Assembly (NCBI GenBank): GCA_022446945.1
Contig: JAKVBW010000001.1
Span: 1-58,327 of the forward strand
DNA: 58,327 nucleotides
Source of the DNA: Phycisphaerales bacterium
Lineage (GTDB): Bacteria; Planctomycetota; Phycisphaerae; Phycisphaerales; SM1A02
Direction of reading: 5' to 3'
Made by a program: the position numbers and the translations under genes. The notes below the pieces were generated by a model. That model was not told where the DNA came from and searched no databases. It was given only the letters and a program-made list of their open reading frames with translations. Below, piece after piece: positions 54,532-58,327 of the stretch. Positions within the stretch are counted from its first letter, which is position 1. Every line of letters begins with the position of its first letter.

Positions 54532-56196
54532 TCACCATTCAGGTCCACTCATGTAGCGCCCATACACGTCAGCCATCGCCTGGACCATTTCTCCGAGTGT
54601 GCAGTTGGCGTGGGCACCCTCAATCAATGTGTGCATGAGGTTGTCATCGTTTTTGGCTGCAGCACGAATGGCATCGGTTGCTCGGGCCACTGCGTCATTG
54701 TCCCGCCGCTTCTTGAACTCTGTGAGACGGTCGACTTGTCCGGCCTCGACGTCGTGCGGAATTTGCAGAATCTCCACCTGCTGATCCTCATTGCCATCAG
54801 TGAAGGCATTGACGCCGACAATCACGCGGTCACCGGCCTCCATCTCTTGGCCGAATCGATAACTTGCTTCGGCGATCGATCGACGGAAATAGCCTTTGTG
54901 AATGCCAGCGACGACACCACCCATGCCGTCAATCTCTGAAATGATCGCATCAGCATCCTCCTGCATGCGATCCGTCAGTGCTTCCACGTACCAACTGCCT
55001 CCAAGAGGATCGACTGTCCGTGTGACGCCGGTTTCCTCATTGAGAATCTGTTGCGTTCGAAGTGCGACCCTGACACTTGTTTCGGTCGGTAGACCCAATG
55101 TTTCATCCATGCTGTCCGTGTGAAGGCTCTGGCAACCACCAAGCACACCAGCCATGGCTTGATAAGCGACGCGCACCACATTGTTCAGCGGTTGTTGTTC
55201 CGTCAGCGAACATCCAGCTGTCTGAACATGCGTCCGCATGAGCAGAGAACGGTCATTTTGTGCGCCATACCGCTCCTTCATGGCAGCCGCCCAGATGCGA
55301 CGTGCAGCGCGGAGTTTGCAGATTTCCTCAAAGAACTCGTTGTGCGAGTTGAAGAAGAACGACAGGCGGGGCGCGAAGACATCGACTTCGAGTCCGCGCT
55401 TCATCGCTGCTTCGACATACTCCATGCCATCTCGCAGCGTAAAGGCGAGTTCCTGGGTCGCTGTCGAACCTGCTTCACGGATGTGGTAACCACTGATCGA
55501 GACGCTGTTCCAGCGGGGAAGATGCTGGGCGGCATATTCGATCGTGTCCACAACCAACTTGACGGAAGCTTCTGGTGGATAGATGAACTCGTTCTGACTG
55601 TGGAACTCTTTGAGGATGTCGTTTTGCAACGTTCCACCGAGTTTCGTGATATCCATTCCGCGCTGCTGAGCCATCGCGATGTACATCGCCCAGATAACGG
55701 CAGCAGGCCCGTTGATCGTCTGACTGACGGTGACTTCATCGACCGGAATATCGGCGTAGAGACGGTGCATGTCTTCGATGGTGTCGACAGCCACACCGCA
55801 ACGTCCGACTTCTCCCAGACTGAGATTGTCATCACTGTCACGGCCCATGAGCGTGGGCAGATCAAACGCAGTCGACAGGCCGGTGTTCGTGCCTTTGGCA
55901 TTGTCGAGCAGATACTTGAATCTGGCATTGGTGTCATCGGCCGAGCCAAACCCAGCAAACTGCCGCATGGTCCAGCCCCGGGTTCGATACATGCCCGGGT
56001 GGATACCTCGGGTGTAGGGGTATTCACCGGGTTCGCCGATGCGTGTGTGCGTCTCCCCAGAATTGCCAGGGGAGGTGGTCTCTACCCGATCGGGTCCATA
56101 CAGGCGATCGATGACATAGCCAGACAAGCTGACCGTTGTGGGATCTGCAGATCCGTCGCTTGAGCGAGCGGTAGATTGATGATCGGATGTCGACAT
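54532..56196 (-). CDS. methylmalonyl-CoA mutase family large subunit (catalytic TIM-barrel domain only; no B12-binding domain)
   Basis: Motifs seen are YPYTRGIHPGMYRTRGWTMRQFAGFGSADDTNARFKYLL, GLSTAFDLPT, QNDILKEF and ISGYHIREAG. The protein ends at about 554 aa, before any DxHxxG cobalamin-binding module. Confidence 0.9.
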   Translation of the reverse strand: MSTSDHQSTARSSDGSADPTTVSLSGYVIDRLYGPDRVETTSPGNSGETHTRIGEPGEYPYTRGIHPGMYRTRGWTMRQFAGFGSADDTNARFKYLLDNAKGTNTGLSTAFDLPTLMGRDSDDNLSLGEVGRCGVAVDTIEDMHRLYADIPVDEVTVSQTINGPAAVIWAMYIAMAQQRGMDITKLGGTLQNDILKEFHSQNEFIYPPEASVKLVVDTIEYAAQHLPRWNSVSISGYHIREAGSTATQELAFTLRDGMEYVEAAMKRGLEVDVFAPRLSFFFNSHNEFFEEICKLRAARRIWAAAMKERYGAQNDRSLLMRTHVQTAGCSLTEQQPLNNVVRVAYQAMAGVLGGCQSLHTDSMDETLGLPTETSVRVALRTQQILNEETGVTRTVDPLGGSWYVEALTDRMQEDADAIISEIDGMGGVVAGIHKGYFRRSIAEASYRFGQEMEAGDRVIVGVNAFTDGNEDQQVEILQIPHDVEAGQVDRLTEFKKRRDNDAVARATDAIRAAAKNDDNLMHTLIEGAHANCTLGEMVQAMADVYGRYMSGPEW

Positions 56197-56355
56197 GGTG
56201 TGTGTCCCTCATTCACCAGGGAGATGCCTGGCACAAAGGGCGATTGTACGCCTACCGATGCGTAGATATCGCGGCCCCCGCCATGACAGGGCGGATTCGG
56301 TCATTGCCGCTCGCAAGGAGGTCGGCTGCGGGCTCTGAATCGGCCTTCTCAGGTG

Positions 56356-57666
56356 TTAGGGGCGTTCATCCGATGTCGTGGGATCGACTGCCTGCTCGCG
56401 AACTTGGCGGTGCGCCGCGGGGGGGACATTGGCATGATGGGCAGGTGTTCTGATGGCAGTGCCTGCAGGGACGATTTGCCAGTGCATGCCCTCAAGGGCC
56501 TCATGCTCCTCGGGAGGTGTCCACATGTCGTAGAAGTGAAGCACCAGATCGTGATCTTTCGGGACATCCACTTCAAAGGTTGCTTCACCACTTCGCGTAT
56601 CGATCACGGAGACTCTGCGTCGCTGGCCTGTATCAGTCCACGTTTGCGTCGAAAGCGGCGTCATCTGCAGCGGCGGCACCGGGGGCGGCGGGGGAGAGGC
56701 AACTTCTTCGGTGGGTGTGCTCGGTGCAGGCGCTTCTTCGATGGTCGCGGCATCAGGACTCGGGTCTTCAAGGGGCGGGACTGGAACCGGAAGCGGCAAT
56801 GCAGGCGTGTCAGCAACCGGTTGATCTGCAGGTGGCAAGGCATCTAGGGGTGCCGGTTCTTCAGTGCTGGCGGGTGTCGCTTCTGATGCTTCCGCCTCAG
56901 ATACGGGCAGTGGCACCGGATCTGGGAGGGGCGTCAGTTCAAAGTCACGATGACTTTCGCTGGGAACCATCGCGCGATTCTTCGGCTTGGTGACGGTCGT
57001 GCCAGCGGGCACGACTTCCCATCTCGCCTGCTCCATGTCGCCACTTCGGGCGCGCATGGTCGACAGTGGATGGAAGTACATCACAAGATCATGACCAGCG
57101 GGCAAATCAACGGAGAGCGCGGCGTCGCCTGTTCGCGTATCGATGACCGAGACGCGGCTGGCTTCTCCGGTATCCATGATCGTGAGTGTGGTGGACGGGC
57201 CTCTACGTTTCGCGACCGATTCCGGCATAGGAACGTAGAGCGGCGTGACAGGTCGGGAAATATCTGCTGGGGTGTAGGGCTTGGGCCGGCCCATAAAGAC
57301 ATCAATACGCCTGTCCGCAGCCCGCGGCATATCAACAAGATGTTCCATGTCGCCCACGAACTTCCCGATTTTGTGCATTCCCCACATCATGTGAGGCCCG
57401 AGATCTCCCTGAAGAACGCGCTCGCGTGGTTCCATGAACTGGACAGACAGTTGGTGCCCTGCAGGGATGTGCTTCTCCCAGATGTTCTCACCGGTTCGAA
57501 TGTCCACGATGGCCACTGTCTTTGTCAAACCCCCAGTGGACTCCCAGGTCATCGCACTTGCGGTGCCTGCTGCCGAAGGCATTAGCCCGCCGCCTTTTAG
57601 TGTGCATCCAAGGATGACAAACAGAAAGCCGATTCCAAGCAACACCCAAAGCGACAGGCTTCGCAT
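56356..57666 (-). CDS. hypothetical lipoprotein built from three copies of an uncharacterised ~100-aa domain plus a Pro-rich linker
   Basis: ATG 57666 gives MRSLSLWVLLGIGFLFVILGC, a lipobox-like signal. The unit T-x-x-(D/S)TG....V(S/A)(V/I)(I/V)D(T/I)R(T/S)GE......(V/I)P..H.L...F ... W.(V/I)VPAGT recurs three times. The ORF opens at 57780. Confidence 0.6.
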   Translation of the reverse strand: MRSLSLWVLLGIGFLFVILGCTLKGGGLMPSAAGTASAMTWESTGGLTKTVAIVDIRTGENIWEKHIPAGHQLSVQFMEPRERVLQGDLGPHMMWGMHKIGKFVGDMEHLVDMPRAADRRIDVFMGRPKPYTPADISRPVTPLYVPMPESVAKRRGPSTTLTIMDTGEASRVSVIDTRTGDAALSVDLPAGHDLVMYFHPLSTMRARSGDMEQARWEVVPAGTTVTKPKNRAMVPSESHRDFELTPLPDPVPLPVSEAEASEATPASTEEPAPLDALPPADQPVADTPALPLPVPVPPLEDPSPDAATIEEAPAPSTPTEEVASPPPPPVPPLQMTPLSTQTWTDTGQRRRVSVIDTRSGEATFEVDVPKDHDLVLHFYDMWTPPEEHEALEGMHWQIVPAGTAIRTPAHHANVPPAAHRQVREQAVDPTTSDERP

Positions 57667-57766
57667 AAGACCGATCCTCCTGAGCCAGCAGAGCGGAGCG
57701 TCTGCGAGCAGTGTTCGCATGCTACTCCGCCAGTCGGTCATTCGGGGGTCGCGGTATCCTCCTCTC

Positions 57767-58261
57767 ATGTCGGTACGCATCGGGCACGGGTATGACTTGC
57801 ATCGGCTCGAGCCTCTTCAGCCAGAAGGGGATGGGCGGCCCTTTGTCCTCGGCGGCATCGAGATCGAGCATGATCGCGGCCCCGTTGGACATTCAGATGG
57901 CGATGTCTTGCTGCATGCAGTGACTGACGCGATCCTTGGTGCGATCGGAGAGCCAGACATTGGCAAGTTGTTCCCGGATACTGACCGACGCCATGAAGGA
58001 GCTGACAGTTCGATCTTTCTGATGGAAGCTTGCCGTCGTTTGCGGGATCGTGGTTTGTCAATTGGGAATCTGGATGCCACGATCATTTGTGAAATGCCCA
58101 AGATCGGGCCGCACACAGACGCCATTCGGTCACATCTAGCAGATCTACTGGGTTGTCCAATCGAGGATGTCAACATCAAGGGTAAGACTCACGAAGGCGT
58201 GGACGCCATCGGTGAGGGAAGGGCAATCGAAGTTCAGGTTGTCGTTCTTGTGAACTCATGA
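57767..58261 (+). CDS. ispF: 2-C-methyl-D-erythritol 2,4-cyclodiphosphate synthase
   Basis: The sequence matches across RIGHGYDLHRL..GRPFVLGGIEIEHDRGPVGHSDGDVLLHAVTDAILGAIGEPDIGKLFPDTD...GADS. The start is taken at ATG 57767; the ORF opens at 57434. Confidence 0.9.
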   Translation: MSVRIGHGYDLHRLEPLQPEGDGRPFVLGGIEIEHDRGPVGHSDGDVLLHAVTDAILGAIGEPDIGKLFPDTDRRHEGADSSIFLMEACRRLRDRGLSIGNLDATIICEMPKIGPHTDAIRSHLADLLGCPIEDVNIKGKTHEGVDAIGEGRAIEVQVVVLVNS

Positions 58262-58327
58262 GTGGTCCTTTGATCGTTTCCACGGCTACCATGACGCGAT
58301 GCTGATGATCGGAATGATGCTGATGGC

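Noticed and set aside
58258-58305. A short ORF starting with an ATGA overlap at the ispF stop (MSGPLIVSTATMTRC*).
   Set aside because: It is only 15 codons long before a stop and has no recognisable product. The next real gene probably starts beyond or near the window edge.

Overview
This window looks like core chromosome from a moderately high-GC bacterium, probably Planctomycetota (Phycisphaerae-like). That placement is an inference from content: a prepilin-type DUF1559/H-X9-DG protein, giant FG-GAP/dockerin-tailed secreted proteins, a PSP1 protein, and poly-Lys/Arg tails on Rho, PSP1, ParB and YidC. Coding density is high and most genes are housekeeping. Recognised genes are murJ, parA, recO, lpd, yidC-mnmE, parB with two parS sites, fcl, cysS, coaE, rho, tRNA-Thr-tuf-rpmG-tRNA-Trp-secE-nusG, moxR, gmk, der, lepB, a pilM-N-O-P-like-pilB operon, hisS-mqnB, a split methylmalonyl-CoA mutase large subunit, and ispF. 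I found no transposase, integrase, CRISPR array, phage genes or recognisable defence system, and no convincing self-contained new multi-gene system. The items most worth follow-up are listed here.

- Two giant secreted proteins (844-4602 and 51414-53780) share an extreme C-terminal tandem dockerin-like module. One also carries an LNR-like Cys knot; the other carries a thrombospondin-type-3-like CDGNGxPDxCD array.
- A close bacterial homologue of iodotyrosine deiodinase lies at 41989-42678.
- An A/T-richer islet at about 38.6-40.0 kb encodes an ankyrin-repeat lipoprotein with near-identical internal DNA repeats.
- An uncharacterised lipoprotein (56356-57666) is built from three copies of a roughly 100-aa domain.
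- A 517-aa secreted protein is translationally coupled (TGATG) to gmk.
- parA is uncoupled from parB/parS and instead overlaps a VanZ-like gene and murJ.

Many start codons are inferred from internal Met/RBS positions and conserved N-termini, so starts are less certain than stops. All family assignments come from reading motifs by eye, not from database searches.
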